The notes: generated from the sequence alone by a model not told the origin. 64,000 nucleotides of DNA from Candidatus Spongiisociaceae bacterium (GCA_965262915.1 OZ253564.1:1120001-1184000), one strand, 5' to 3'; shown: positions 39,361-49,674, counted from the first letter of the stretch. Numbers and translations: made by a program.

Positions 39361-40758
39361 ATGTCACGGAGAAACCCGGTAGTTCACCCGCGTGGGCAAA
39401 CGCGTCGGAGGTGGAGATTCTTCGCCTTGCTTGCTGCCCTGTCGCTGGTCGCCTTCGCATGCGGTGACGGCGGCGAGGACGACGCGGCGGCGGCCGAAGC
39501 GGCGGCTGCTCAGGCACAGGCTGCGGCCGCTCAGGCTGACGCGGCTGCGGCAGCGGCCGAGGACGACGCGGCTGCGGCCCAGGCGGAAGCCGATGCAGCT
39601 GCGGCGGCGCTGGCCCAGGCGGAAGCCGATCTGGAAGCCGCCCAGGCTTCGGCCTCCGACGCGATGGAGGGGGATGAGGCTTCCCAGGCGGCGCTGGCCG
39701 AAGCGGAGGCTGCCCTCGAAGAAGCCAAGCAGATGGCTTCCGACGCGATGGAGGGGGATGAGGCTTCCCAGGCGGCGCTGGCCGAAGCGGAGGCTGCCCT
39801 CGAAGAAGCCAAGCAGATGGCCGAGGAGGCAATGGCGGAGCCCGAGAGCAAGGGCACCATCGCGTTCAGCTACGGCGCAGAGCACTCCGGCATCTACCCC
39901 ATCGTTGCCGACCCAGCCAGGCTGGAGGCCGAGAGGCGTGGCTACGAGTGGCTCGAAGGCTCGGCGAACGGCGACTGTGACAAGCAGGTTCAGGACATGG
40001 AGGGCTTCGTGGCCGCCGGTGTCGACGCCATCGTGTTCCTGCCCTTGTGCGGTGTCGATCCGTATCTACCTACGGTGCAGGCAGCCAAGGATGCGGGCAT
40101 CGTGATCGTCGGTTACTCGACGGCAATCCCCGGTGGCGACTCGTCGATCGTCTACGCAAACATCGACGGAGCACGCGCTGTCGCCGCCGAAGCTCTTCGC
40201 TGGCTGGAGGAGGACTTCACCGGTGATCGGGAAACCTTCTCCTGGGCGCTCTTCACGTTCGACCAGTGTGGCATGGCATGTACCGACCGCACCGATCCCC
40301 TTCGCCAGATCATCACCGAAGCGACCGGCGTTGCACCCCTGGAGGCGGAGTCGGTTGCCGAGGCCAGCGGGCTGGAAGCGACGGAGACGTTCCTCCAGGC
40401 CGATCCGGGGCTCAACATGGTCATCGGAATCAACGACGCGGGAGCGCTCGGCGCCTACCAGGCGTTCGTCGTCCAGATCGAGTCGGACGGCAGGGATCCG
40501 GGCGAGATCTTCGTCGGGGGAATGGACGGGCAGAACGAGGCTCTGGAGTTGCTCGCCGGTGCCGACGAGTACGGCATCTACCGTGTGTCGGGTGCTCTGA
40601 TCCTTGACCAGTTGGGCAAGGCGGTCGCCGACCTGCCTGCCAACATCCTCGAGGGACAGCCGCCCACCAGCCTGGTGCTCAACTACGTGGCCGTAACTCC
40701 GGGTATGGCTGAGTTCGCGCAGCAGGTGCTTGACAACTACGAGGAATTCCTCGGCTAG
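39361..40758 (+). CDS. Monosaccharide ABC substrate-binding lipoprotein with Ala/Glu-rich linker
   Basis: Lipobox VAFAC; GVDAIV, INDAGALGA, GMDG. Confidence 0.88.
   Translation: MSRRNPVVHPRGQTRRRWRFFALLAALSLVAFACGDGGEDDAAAAEAAAAQAQAAAAQADAAAAAAEDDAAAAQAEADAAAAALAQAEADLEAAQASASDAMEGDEASQAALAEAEAALEEAKQMASDAMEGDEASQAALAEAEAALEEAKQMAEEAMAEPESKGTIAFSYGAEHSGIYPIVADPARLEAERRGYEWLEGSANGDCDKQVQDMEGFVAAGVDAIVFLPLCGVDPYLPTVQAAKDAGIVIVGYSTAIPGGDSSIVYANIDGARAVAAEALRWLEEDFTGDRETFSWALFTFDQCGMACTDRTDPLRQIITEATGVAPLEAESVAEASGLEATETFLQADPGLNMVIGINDAGALGAYQAFVVQIESDGRDPGEIFVGGMDGQNEALELLAGADEYGIYRVSGALILDQLGKAVADLPANILEGQPPTSLVLNYVAVTPGMAEFAQQVLDNYEEFLG
39655..39821 (+). repeat. 84-bp in-frame tandem duplication
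   Basis: SDAMEGDEASQAALAEAEAALEEAKQMA twice; DNA identical at 39655-39737 and 39739-39821. Confidence 0.95.
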
Positions 40759-40780
40759 ATCGCGGGTTTCGTCAGATAGT

Positions 40781-40827
40781 GGGGCGGCCGGCACGTAGTC
40801 CCCGAGTGGCTACATGTCGGTCGCCTC
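40781..40827 (+). terminator. Intercistronic stem-loop after the SBP gene
   Basis: GGCGGCCGGCACGTAGTC...GGCTACATGTCGGTCGCC imperfect hairpin. Confidence 0.5.
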
Positions 40828-40865
40828 GCGTATTGTCATGACCATCGGCGCCGGATTGAGGCCTC

Positions 40866-41918
40866 ATGCTCGGACGTGAACCTATGAGACTGCGATCGGG
40901 AGGCGCGTCCGCGCGAGGAGACAGTCAGAGAGAGATGGCCGGGACGTGGGCCAAGATCCTTCGAAACGGGATCGTCGGCGCGCTGGTTGTGGAGATCGTC
41001 TTCTTCGGCATATTCAGCGACCGGTTCCTCACGATATCGAACTTCAGATTGGTCCTGTTGCAGACCGCGGTCATCGCGACCCTCGCCATACCGAGCGCGC
41101 TTCTTCTGATGGCCGGGTACGTCGACTTCGCGATCGGCTCGATCACGGGCCTATGCGCGGTGCTCCTCGGAAGGCTCCTGGGATCCATGGAGGTGGTGCC
41201 AGCCCTGATGATCGTGGTGGTGATCGGCTTGGCGGTGGGTGCTGGGCAGGGGATTCTCTCCGCTCCGATAGGATTCTCCCCGATTGTGGTGACCCTGGGC
41301 TTCTTCACAGGTGTGCGGGGACTGGTATTCGTACTCAGCGACGGACGGACAACCTCGGGTTTCGGTGACACGTTCGCCATCATCGGCCGTGGTCGGGTCC
41401 GCTGGCTGGAGATACCTGTTCCCGTGGCGATTGCCGCGGTGACGGTCCTGCTGGGGGCGATCTTCCTCTACAAGACGAGATGGGGCCGCTATGTCGTAGC
41501 GATCGGCGTCAACGCGAGGGCAGCTTTCCGGGCGGGGATCCGGATCAAAGCGATACCCGTGTTCCTCTATATGGCGACCGGCGCGGGAAGCGCGGTCGGG
41601 GCGATGATCCTGGTGTCGAGGCTCGATGCGGCACCCCCACTCACGGGTGAAGGCCTGGAGCTGAACGTCCTGAGCGCGGTGCTCCTCGGGGGTGTGGCGT
41701 TCGGTGGTGGTCGTGGTTCTCTGATCGGTGTGATAGCCGGTGTGCTCTTCGTCGGGCTCCTGAACAACGGGCTTCTCCTGTTCGGCGTGGCCCCGTTCTG
41801 GTTCCGGGTGAGCGCCGGGGCGGCGCTCGTGGTGGCGGCGGGTCTCGATACGATCGGGCGCCGGCTCGAGGGGCGCACCACCGGCGGCCTCGGCGCACTA
41901 GGCCGCTCAGGAATCTAG
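40866..41918 (+). CDS. Ribose-type ABC transporter permease
   Basis: VDFAIGS, IVVTLG, AIGVNARAA, AVLLGG..FGGGRG. Confidence 0.9.
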   Translation: MLGREPMRLRSGGASARGDSQREMAGTWAKILRNGIVGALVVEIVFFGIFSDRFLTISNFRLVLLQTAVIATLAIPSALLLMAGYVDFAIGSITGLCAVLLGRLLGSMEVVPALMIVVVIGLAVGAGQGILSAPIGFSPIVVTLGFFTGVRGLVFVLSDGRTTSGFGDTFAIIGRGRVRWLEIPVPVAIAAVTVLLGAIFLYKTRWGRYVVAIGVNARAAFRAGIRIKAIPVFLYMATGAGSAVGAMILVSRLDAAPPLTGEGLELNVLSAVLLGGVAFGGGRGSLIGVIAGVLFVGLLNNGLLLFGVAPFWFRVSAGAALVVAAGLDTIGRRLEGRTTGGLGALGRSGI

Positions 41919-42404
41919 TGTCCTGATTCCGGGATTCGTTATAGATAGTTGGGACGTGCCGACCATCCCGCCGGGGCAGGCTCTGGGGGGACCGAGAACG
42001 CGAAAAACGCCCGACCGGACCCCTCCGACGGGCCCACCCCCAACCGCCACCTCCTCGGTTCCCGAACGCGTCCCGCCATCCCCTGCGAGGGGTCGGCTCC
42101 GACAACATGATCCCTGCCCCGGTCCGGTCGGTACCGCAAGACGGACCGGTGGTGTTTACGGCTACTTACCATTATGCAACGGGACTGTGACATGTCAATC
42201 CCCTTGTGGCGGCGCGGCCGGTCCTTGTGGGGGGTGCTGTGAGTGGGTGAGCATGCGGATCGTGGGACGACGCCGGTTCCTGGACACCGCGAACCAAAGA
42301 CTCAGCACCCCCCTAGCGAGGAAGGCCGCTGCCGGCGCATACGCGCCGCCATTTTCATTTCACAGACAGACCACTGAGCCGGCCGCCGCTCTATCCCCCG
42401 CCGG

Positions 42405-43202
42405 CTACCAGAAGGCGATCCCGCCGTTGAGATCGAATACCTGCCCGACCGATGAACCGGCGTCCGATGACGCGAGGAAGGCGACCATACCGGCCACCTC
42501 CTCCGGTGTCTGGTAGCGGCCGAGCGGGATGAGGTCACGGAACCGTTCCCGTACCGCTGTGAACGACTCGCCGCTCCGCTCGGAGATGTCGGCCTGAAGG
42601 GAACGGACCATCTCCGTGTCGACGATCCCCGGGAACACCGCGTTCATCAGGACGCCGTGGGGTGCGAGTTCCAGGGCCATCTGCTTGACCAGTCCCATCG
42701 CGGCGTGTTTGCTGGCCACGTAGGCCGCGGCAGGTGTGCTCCCCGACGACGGAAGGCGCCCGGCCGTGGAGACGATGGTGACTATCCGACCGCCCCGGCC
42801 CTGATCGATCATCCGGGATGCGGCGACCTGCGAGCAGAACAGGACCCCCTTGGCGTTGACGGACATGTGCCGGTCCCATTCCTTCTCCGTAACCTCGATC
42901 GCAGACGCCAGCGCCAGGACGCCGGCGTTGTTCACCATGATGTCGAGCCGTCCGAAGGCGCCGGTTGCCTGCTCGACGGCCGCCACGACCTGAGCTCTGT
43001 CCGAGACATCCACAACTGTCGGGATGGACCGTCCGCCCACGGACAGCACCTCTTCGGAAACCGAGCGGGCTGCTTCCCCATCGATGTCGGACGTGACAAC
43101 CGTCGCTCCCTCCCGCGCCAACCGCAGCGCGATCGCGCGGCCGATGCCACGCCCGGCTCCCGTGACGATCGCTACCTGGCCCTCGAGTTCATAGCGGGGC
43201 AC
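42405..43202 (-). CDS. SDR family oxidoreductase
   Basis: [18 protein letters not shown]. Confidence 0.93.
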   Translation of the reverse strand: MPRYELEGQVAIVTGAGRGIGRAIALRLAREGATVVTSDIDGEAARSVSEEVLSVGGRSIPTVVDVSDRAQVVAAVEQATGAFGRLDIMVNNAGVLALASAIEVTEKEWDRHMSVNAKGVLFCSQVAASRMIDQGRGGRIVTIVSTAGRLPSSGSTPAAAYVASKHAAMGLVKQMALELAPHGVLMNAVFPGIVDTEMVRSLQADISERSGESFTAVRERFRDLIPLGRYQTPEEVAGMVAFLASSDAGSSVGQVFDLNGGIAFW

Positions 43203-43327
43203 GAGAACTCCTCTCCATCCGGAGTCCTATATGGCACATCGCCGGCGGGAGTAGCGGCGACCGCGGGTCAGGTGATTCGAACGTGGCGGCCTTGGGATAG
43301 GACGGCAGGGCAACCGGGCGGTCTCCT

Positions 43328-43612
43328 CTAGAGGTTCTCCAGGAACTCGACCTCTCGGTTCTCCAGGAGGGGCCGGAGCACTGCGATGGCCACTTCGGCG
43401 AAGTGGTCGGAGGCGATGTGGGCATCGATGGCAGCCCGGTCGTCGTACTGCTCCACGAGGATGAACAGGCGGCGATTGTCGATGCCCCGGTATACGTCGA
43501 AGGCGATGCATCCCGGTTCGGTGAGCACCATGGTTACGTAGCCGCGCAGGGCCTCCGCCAACTTCTCCTCGTTTCCGGGGGCCGCAACGTAGGTGGCCTG
43601 GATGATCATCAT
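43328..43612 (-). CDS. ABM-family putative quinol monooxygenase
   Basis: EPGCIAFDVY, LVEQY, AH..SDHF. Confidence 0.88.
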   Translation of the reverse strand: MMIIQATYVAAPGNEEKLAEALRGYVTMVLTEPGCIAFDVYRGIDNRRLFILVEQYDDRAAIDAHIASDHFAEVAIAVLRPLLENREVEFLENL

Positions 43613-43653
43613 ATCTTGTTCCTTTCGATCGCGTCTCTAGGGGGACCGCAGGG

Positions 43654-43980
43654 TCACATCGATGCAAACCCGATCGAGCGGAGTTGCTGCCGGCCTTCCT
43701 CGGAGACCTGATCGGGTGTCCAAGGTGGATCGAACACCCAACTGACCTCGAAGTCCTCGATCACACCCTGGCCGACCAACTCGTTGCGCATCTGGTCCTC
43801 GATGACCGACGTCAGCGGGCAGAAGGGGTTGGTGAGGGTCACGTCCAACGAAGCCTGCAGGCCGTCCACCTGCACCTCGCGCACGAAACCGAGGTCGACG
43901 ATGTTGACGCCGAGATCCGGATCGATGACCTTGCGGAGCGATTCGATGATCTGGCTCTCGATGCCGGTGGGAGCATCCAT
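43654..43980 (-). CDS. DUF59/SufT-PaaD-like metal-sulfur cluster assembly factor
   Basis: VIDPDLGVNIVDLG, TLTNPFCPL, FDPPWTP. Confidence 0.92.
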   Translation of the reverse strand: MDAPTGIESQIIESLRKVIDPDLGVNIVDLGFVREVQVDGLQASLDVTLTNPFCPLTSVIEDQMRNELVGQGVIEDFEVSWVFDPPWTPDQVSEEGRQQLRSIGFASM

Positions 43981-44429
43981 CAGGTCACCTTCCTTTCGTC
44001 GGTGTTGGGTCTGCTGTCGGAACCGTGGTCTTTCTCGGATCGATCTCCGGCTTCTTCGGTGGTCAGGTTCCGCCAGGTGACCACCCGGAGCCGTATCTCC
44101 ACGCGGGTGGTTCGGGTGGTGATCCAGTCGGCGATGCCATGGGCCATCCGGCGGAGGCGGGTAATCACGTCTCCGTCACCGACGGTCCAGGAGCCGACCA
44201 CCATCTCATCGCTCCGGATGCCGAACCGGGCCGCCTCGGCGACGCCCTGTTCGAGTACACGGGCCAGGGGCGCCGACACGGTTCCGGCTCGGAACTTGAG
44301 AGCCTGGTGAGCCTCGTCGGCGGGCATGCCTTCGAGCCGGGCAAGGATACGCCTGGCCTCGTCCTGTTCGATGCGAGCGTTGGTCTGGCAGGCCGTAACG
44401 CTCGGTTCCGGAAGCCGGGATTCGCTCAT
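43980..44429 (-). CDS. Divergent ribosomal protein uL22 paralogue
   Basis: ARI....ARRI...EG....EA...LKF...; VGDG....RLRRMAHG.A..I..RTTRVEI pattern parallels uL22. Confidence 0.72.
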   Translation of the reverse strand: MSESRLPEPSVTACQTNARIEQDEARRILARLEGMPADEAHQALKFRAGTVSAPLARVLEQGVAEAARFGIRSDEMVVGSWTVGDGDVITRLRRMAHGIADWITTRTTRVEIRLRVVTWRNLTTEEAGDRSEKDHGSDSRPNTDERKVT

Positions 44430-45670
44430 CGCTTTCTCCTGGGCCTGCCGACCCGGCGCAGGTCGGTGGAGAGGTCTTCGATCTGGGCGGCGGTGACCGG
44501 CGTACCCGCTCTCATGAGCTTGCGGGTGGCGAAAATGTCGCGAGGCCTGCCGATGGTCAGCACGGCCTCGATCTTATTCGTATCGTCGTGGTCGCCGGAC
44601 AGTTGGAAGGCGGAGAAGGACCGCTCCCCGATGGACCCGCGGATCACATGCGGAGCGTCGGGATCGAAATGACCGAGAGACTGGATGGTCAGGTCGTACT
44701 GATCCGACCAGAACCAGTGGGGGGCACCGTCCACGGCGTCCTGGCCAACAATGTTGCGGGCCACCACAGCCCCCTGCCTCATGGCGTTGTCATGGTGCTC
44801 GACTCTCAGGTAGCCCCCACCGGACTGCTGCCCGGAGGCCACATCTCCGGCTGCATACACGTCGGGTACCGATGTCCGGCAGTGCCGATCCACCCGGATC
44901 CCCCCGTTCACCTCGATGGCGGTGCCGTGAGCTAGTTCGGTGTTGGGGATCATCCCCGCCGCCACCAGCATCCACTCGCACTCGAGTTCGCCTCGGTCCG
45001 TGGTGACGGCCAACCCGTCGGCGGTCTCCACCACGCTCGTTACCCGCTCTCCCAGGCGTAAGGTGCAGCCCGCGTCACGGTGGATTTCGGTCATGACCCG
45101 GCCGTACCGCTCCCCCAACGGAGCCTGCAGGCATTGCGTCTCCATCTCGATGATGGTGACCTCCGCCCCCAGACCGCGGGCAGTGGCGGCCACCTCGCAT
45201 CCGATGAACCCTCCTCCGAGCACCACCGCCTGGTTGCCGCCACGCAGCCTGCGGGCCAGATCCTCGGAATCGTCCCGGGTACGCAGGTGCAGGATCCGCT
45301 CGCCTTCGAAGCCGGGCAGCCTCCGGGCCCGGCCGCCGGTGGCGATGAGAAGATGGTCATAGTGGATGGTTCCGGCCTTGTCTGTCTCGACTGCCGAGCC
45401 ATCCACATCGATCGAGGTCGCGCGGGTACCGAGAACCAGTTCGACGGCGTTGTCCCGGTACCACTCCTCGGACCGGATGGTGGCGTCGCCTGATGCCATC
45501 GACCCGGCGAGTACCTCCTTCGACAGGGGAGGACGTTCGTAGGGCGGTACGTCTTCCTCGGATACCAGGACGACGCGGCCGTCGAAACCCAGATGTCTCA
45601 GGTTCGACGCGGCCGCGGCCGAGGCTGTACCGCCGCCCAGGAGCATGACGGTCTCGGAGAGACCCGCCAT
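44426..45670 (-). CDS. FAD-dependent ferredoxin reductase
   Basis: PYERPPLSK, IATGG, GGGFIGCE, TSVPDVYAAGD, WFWSDQY. Confidence 0.93.
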   Translation of the reverse strand: MAGLSETVMLLGGGTASAAAASNLRHLGFDGRVVLVSEEDVPPYERPPLSKEVLAGSMASGDATIRSEEWYRDNAVELVLGTRATSIDVDGSAVETDKAGTIHYDHLLIATGGRARRLPGFEGERILHLRTRDDSEDLARRLRGGNQAVVLGGGFIGCEVAATARGLGAEVTIIEMETQCLQAPLGERYGRVMTEIHRDAGCTLRLGERVTSVVETADGLAVTTDRGELECEWMLVAAGMIPNTELAHGTAIEVNGGIRVDRHCRTSVPDVYAAGDVASGQQSGGGYLRVEHHDNAMRQGAVVARNIVGQDAVDGAPHWFWSDQYDLTIQSLGHFDPDAPHVIRGSIGERSFSAFQLSGDHDDTNKIEAVLTIGRPRDIFATRKLMRAGTPVTAAQIEDLSTDLRRVGRPRRKR

Positions 45671-45671
45671 G

Positions 45672-45992
45672 TCAGCCGGGCGGCGCTACACAGATGACGC
45701 CTCCCTCAACCTTGCAGGGAATGGAGAAGAGGGCCGAGTCCGCGGGGTTGATGCCTTTGCCGGTGACGGCGTTGAACTCCCACAGGTGGTTGACGCACGT
45801 CAGTACCTCGCCGTCCAGATCCCCGTCATGGAGAGGCCATGCCTGATGGGGACAGCGGTCCCGGTAGGCGCGTACCTCCCCGTCCACGTTGACGATGACG
45901 ACCTTCGTGCCGCCGGCATCGACCCCTTCGATGTCGCCTTCCCAGAGGTCATCGAGGTCCATTACCTCCAGCCACCGGGCTGCGTCGCTCAT
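45672..45992 (-). CDS. Rieske 2Fe-2S ferredoxin (TmoC-like)
   Basis: CPHQ...CVNHLWEF..TGKGINP. Confidence 0.93.
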   Translation of the reverse strand: MSDAARWLEVMDLDDLWEGDIEGVDAGGTKVVIVNVDGEVRAYRDRCPHQAWPLHDGDLDGEVLTCVNHLWEFNAVTGKGINPADSALFSIPCKVEGGVICVAPPG

Positions 45993-46062
45993 CCGAGTGG
46001 TCTGTCTGTGAAGGGCCGTCGCTGGCAAGCAGGCCGCAGCGAATCACTTTGCGGACAGACCA

Positions 46063-47091
46063 CTAGCCGACGGATTGGAGGGCGCCAAGCCCGGCATCGG
46101 CGAGAAGTTGCTCCCGTGCTGCCTTGGCCTCCCCAGCCACCGCTTCGGCACTGACATCTCCGGCCGGGGCCTGGGCGAGTATCCCACCCAGCGCCAGCGC
46201 AGCGGCGTCTGCGCGCGGTGCCCATTTCGCGATCCATCGCTCGAAGGCCGGGACGTTCTCCGGCCGCCCCTCTACCGCCAGGCTCCCCACGGCCGCCGAC
46301 CACCTGGCCCTCCGAGCCGAGTCCTCGTGCAGGTTCTGGCACAGCAGCCACGTGAGGTCGTCACCGTTGGCGCGGGCTGCCTCTCCCAACGCCCGGTTGA
46401 GGACGTCGTCGAGTGTCGGAGCTATCACCAGGTTGGCGGCGGTTATAGCCTCGCCCCAGTCGTAGGCGATCAGCGCCCGCTCGAGAAGTTCTCGTGTCGG
46501 TTGCCATCCCTCGTGGTTCTCCCAGACATCCCGCTCGCCAGTGGCGAAACCCGCGTCCGGGTAGCCCAACTGCAGCTCCCGCGTACGGATCGATACCACC
46601 GTCACCCGCCGGAGCTGGTCTGCCGCCGCCAAGGCTGCCGCATTGGTGATGTACGCCGTGGGCGACATGTGTGCCACGTAGGCCTGCAACATCTGAATGG
46701 CATGGGCCGGGTATCGGATCGGTGTGTAGAAAGTCCGGAGTATCTCCACCCATTCGGGGGAGAGGGACCGGTCGTGGCCTATGCTCGCATAGCTGTCCAG
46801 CAGACCGGCGACCTTCGTCTCCTGGGCCGCCTGCTTGGCCACATAGGCCCGGTACGTCAGCTGGTCCGGATCCCTGAACACTTCCCAGTCGTCGAGTTGG
46901 ATCGGCGAGTTGTCACGATAGGCCAGGAACCACAGGTTGCCCGGTGAGGAGGGGTTCTGCTCCAACGGCGCCAGCCGGCCCTTTCGCATCGTGTAGTTGG
47001 CGGCGTGGGTGCCGATCTCGTACTCGGTGGGCCTGCGGCGGATATCGCCGAACTCGCTCCAAGTGCGTAGCTTCCGCTTCTTGGCGCTCAT
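46063..47091 (-). CDS. Soluble di-iron monooxygenase beta subunit (TmoE-like)
   Basis: RRRPTEYE, FRDPDQLTYRAYV, YDWGEA. Confidence 0.92.
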   Translation of the reverse strand: MSAKKRKLRTWSEFGDIRRRPTEYEIGTHAANYTMRKGRLAPLEQNPSSPGNLWFLAYRDNSPIQLDDWEVFRDPDQLTYRAYVAKQAAQETKVAGLLDSYASIGHDRSLSPEWVEILRTFYTPIRYPAHAIQMLQAYVAHMSPTAYITNAAALAAADQLRRVTVVSIRTRELQLGYPDAGFATGERDVWENHEGWQPTRELLERALIAYDWGEAITAANLVIAPTLDDVLNRALGEAARANGDDLTWLLCQNLHEDSARRARWSAAVGSLAVEGRPENVPAFERWIAKWAPRADAAALALGGILAQAPAGDVSAEAVAGEAKAAREQLLADAGLGALQSVG

Positions 47092-47393
47092 GATGTCACC
47101 TCCTCCTCGGTCGCACCGCCCAGGGACCAGCTCGTCTGGTCGCTGCGGGAAGTGTTGATACGGCCGGCGTTGGCGGTCAACAGGGTCTCCAGCGACCGCA
47201 GTTGGTAGTCGGGTCCGAGATACCGCTTGAGCGAACTGGCCGTCAGCTTCAGGAACGAGGAGGCCTGGATGCGCACGTAGGCACCCCGATCGATCACCTC
47301 GATCTCGCGGCCCGGATTGTCGTCCTCGATGGCGCTGATGATCTCTTCGATCGTGTCGCTCATCCGCAGGATCGGTCCTACCGGATTCTCCAT
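47088..47393 (-). CDS. Monooxygenase effector protein (MmoB/DmpM, TmoD-like)
   Basis: VGPILR, AIEDDNP, DRGAYVRI, AGRI. Confidence 0.92.
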   Translation of the reverse strand: MENPVGPILRMSDTIEEIISAIEDDNPGREIEVIDRGAYVRIQASSFLKLTASSLKRYLGPDYQLRSLETLLTANAGRINTSRSDQTSWSLGGATEEEVTS

Positions 47394-47403
47394 ACGGACC
47401 CTC

Positions 47404-47679
47404 CTACTCTTCCCAGTCCACACGGATGTGGTCGAGGGGGGCGATCCCCGCCTCGACCACCGTCACGTCGTCGGGCAGTATCCGGTTGTTGTGAATCACC
47501 AGCTTGGGCAAGCCGCGGTCCCGCACCCGGACTCCCACCGTATGGTGGGCGACCGCCTCTGCCACCTCCGCGATGGTGTTGTTGGACATCACCGGGACGA
47601 GAATCTCCACGAAGTCGTCGGCGAAGATGGCGTTCAGCGGGACGAGCTGGGGTTCGGCGGCGCCGCCGTTGTCGCTCAT
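47404..47679 (-). CDS. Monooxygenase gamma subunit (TmoB-like)
   Basis: F.DDFVEILVPV, AHHTVGVRV, TVVEAGIAPLD. Confidence 0.9.
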   Translation of the reverse strand: MSDNGGAAEPQLVPLNAIFADDFVEILVPVMSNNTIAEVAEAVAHHTVGVRVRDRGLPKLVIHNNRILPDDVTVVEAGIAPLDHIRVDWEE

Positions 47680-49184
47680 CCACCCACCCCCGCGCCAACG
47701 GGTTCGGTTCGCGCGTAGGCCTCGGTCCAGTCGTAGCCGCCGGCGTCGTCACCCATCACATCGGGGGTGAGACCCATGTAACCCAGGATGCCGGGGACGT
47801 CCATCGGCTGGATCTGGCCGGCGAGGAAGCGCTCCACCACCGTCTTGTTGTTGAGAGCGTCGCGATCCTCCCACCAGATCTGGCGGCAGGTCCTGGTGCA
47901 GAAGTGGTAGCGCACCCCGTTGTGCTTGAGCGAGTGGTTGCGGACCCGCCACTTGCCGTCCCGTCCGTAGGTGGCGTTACAGGTCGGAAGGTGGCAATAG
48001 TTGCACAGCCAAGGGAGAGTCTCAGGTAGGGCTCGGTGCATATTGCCGGCGTTGATGTTCTCCGCCAACACCTTCCACTTGTCACCGTAGAGGAGATCCC
48101 AGTTGGGGTACTTCTCGATGAGCCACTCGCGGGATTCGGGGCTGACCCCGACCGGCTTCCACCACAGGGTCGGGCGCCAGAACCACTCGCCCATCTGCAG
48201 CGAGTGATGCCATACGTCGAGACCCGCGATGAACTCGTCCCAGTACCAGGGGCGCTTCAGGCCGTAGTCCTGGATGGTGCGGACGAACTGATCGATGATC
48301 CACTCCTCCATGAACTCCCGGTAGCTCTGCTTGCGGTGCTCGACCGGCGTGTTGTAGTCCATCGACGGTCCGGTCAGGGCGGAGAAGGCCCGGGCCGAGA
48401 GCCAGAAGAACTTGTCCACTGTCCACTGGGCTCGTACCGGATCGTGCTCGACCAGGACCTCCAACGTGGGTCCGCCCTGCTGGGAGTGCCGGGCCTCGTC
48501 GGTCTGGATCGAGGAGATCAGGTTGGCGAATGCCACGTCGCCGGCTTCGAGGGCATCGGCGGCCAGGGCCACGAACTGGATGTTGGTGAAGCCCGTCTCG
48601 AACGCGAACGGGAGCTGGATGGCGATATCCACCACGCTGCCGCCGATCATCATGTTGTCGATCAGCGCCCGCAACGCGATGCTCACCCAGTCGTTGGTCA
48701 GCAATGCCCGGTGAGCCCAGTCGAACTGGGGATCGCGTTCCACCAGCTCGTGCGCGAACGTAAGGCTGAGCTGGCCGTGGCGGATCTCGTCGAGGGTGCC
48801 CATGACCGCCATGTTGCGCCAAGCGGGGCTCAGGCCGAAGCGGGCCATTCGGCTCTCCCCGTACACGGCGCCGTACTCGACTAGGGCGATCCCGCCGAGA
48901 TGCATCTTGACCGACGACCTCCACGCCTCGTCCAGCATGTCGTACTGGTTCGACCGGTGCAGGGCGGCCTTCACTGCGTAGGCGGCGGTCTCCTTCTCGT
49001 TCTGGGTGGCTACGTATTCAGGGTAGGCGACCTTGTAGCTCTCCTCCCAGGCCGACCAAGCCTCACGAGGAACCTTGCCCGATCCGCTCAACCAGTCAGG
49101 GAAGACGGCCTCGTCGTCCACGTAGCCCAGCGTCCAGTCGACATCCCGGACGATCCCTTGCCATTCCTCACGTTTGAGAGTCAT
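47676..49184 (-). CDS. Soluble di-iron monooxygenase alpha subunit (TmoA-like, YHS domain)
   Basis: Two di-iron motifs DEIRH and DEARH; FETGFTNIQF; WFWRPTLWW; YHFC..C. Confidence 0.95.
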   Translation of the reverse strand: MTLKREEWQGIVRDVDWTLGYVDDEAVFPDWLSGSGKVPREAWSAWEESYKVAYPEYVATQNEKETAAYAVKAALHRSNQYDMLDEAWRSSVKMHLGGIALVEYGAVYGESRMARFGLSPAWRNMAVMGTLDEIRHGQLSLTFAHELVERDPQFDWAHRALLTNDWVSIALRALIDNMMIGGSVVDIAIQLPFAFETGFTNIQFVALAADALEAGDVAFANLISSIQTDEARHSQQGGPTLEVLVEHDPVRAQWTVDKFFWLSARAFSALTGPSMDYNTPVEHRKQSYREFMEEWIIDQFVRTIQDYGLKRPWYWDEFIAGLDVWHHSLQMGEWFWRPTLWWKPVGVSPESREWLIEKYPNWDLLYGDKWKVLAENINAGNMHRALPETLPWLCNYCHLPTCNATYGRDGKWRVRNHSLKHNGVRYHFCTRTCRQIWWEDRDALNNKTVVERFLAGQIQPMDVPGILGYMGLTPDVMGDDAGGYDWTEAYARTEPVGAGVGG

Positions 49185-49197
49185 GGTTGCTCCTTCC

Positions 49198-49662
49198 TCA
49201 GTCGACTTCCATGTGACCGAGTTGGCGGTAGATCGAGGCACTGTCCCAGTAGGCGGTCAGGCTCTCGATCCGGCCGTCGTCGTTTACATCGAATATGAAG
49301 GCGTGCGGTTCCCAGTACTTCATACCTTTGGGGGCGATCGGTCCCCACGCCTTCTCCTGGTGACCGCCGATGCTCACGACCGCCGCCACCTTTCCGTCCT
49401 CCGAGGCGGTGATCGAGTGGACCTCGTTGGACAGATCCGGGAAGGAGTTGATCAACCCTTCCCATATCGGCCGGGCCAACGTGGCGACCTTGCCGTCACC
49501 TCTGATGACCCGCTGCTTGGTCCAGATCTCGAACGGGACGTACGAGAAGTCGGCATTGTCGGTACAGAGGTCCACCATTGACAATGTGTCGTGCCGGCGG
49601 TAGGCCTCGAAGAAGGCTTCCACCGTTGCAACGGGGTCTGCCCTCGTAGCAGTTGTAGTCAC
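49198..49662 (-). CDS. SnoaL/NTF2-like fold protein
   Basis: VEAFFEAY, SFPDL, GRIESLTAYWD. Confidence 0.82.
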   Translation of the reverse strand: MTTTATRADPVATVEAFFEAYRRHDTLSMVDLCTDNADFSYVPFEIWTKQRVIRGDGKVATLARPIWEGLINSFPDLSNEVHSITASEDGKVAAVVSIGGHQEKAWGPIAPKGMKYWEPHAFIFDVNDDGRIESLTAYWDSASIYRQLGHMEVD

Positions 49663-49674
49663 GGATTCTCCTTC

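Noticed and set aside
41939-42400. ORFs in the gap between the permease and the SDR
   Set aside because: Low-complexity frames with no RBS or motif; treated as intergenic.
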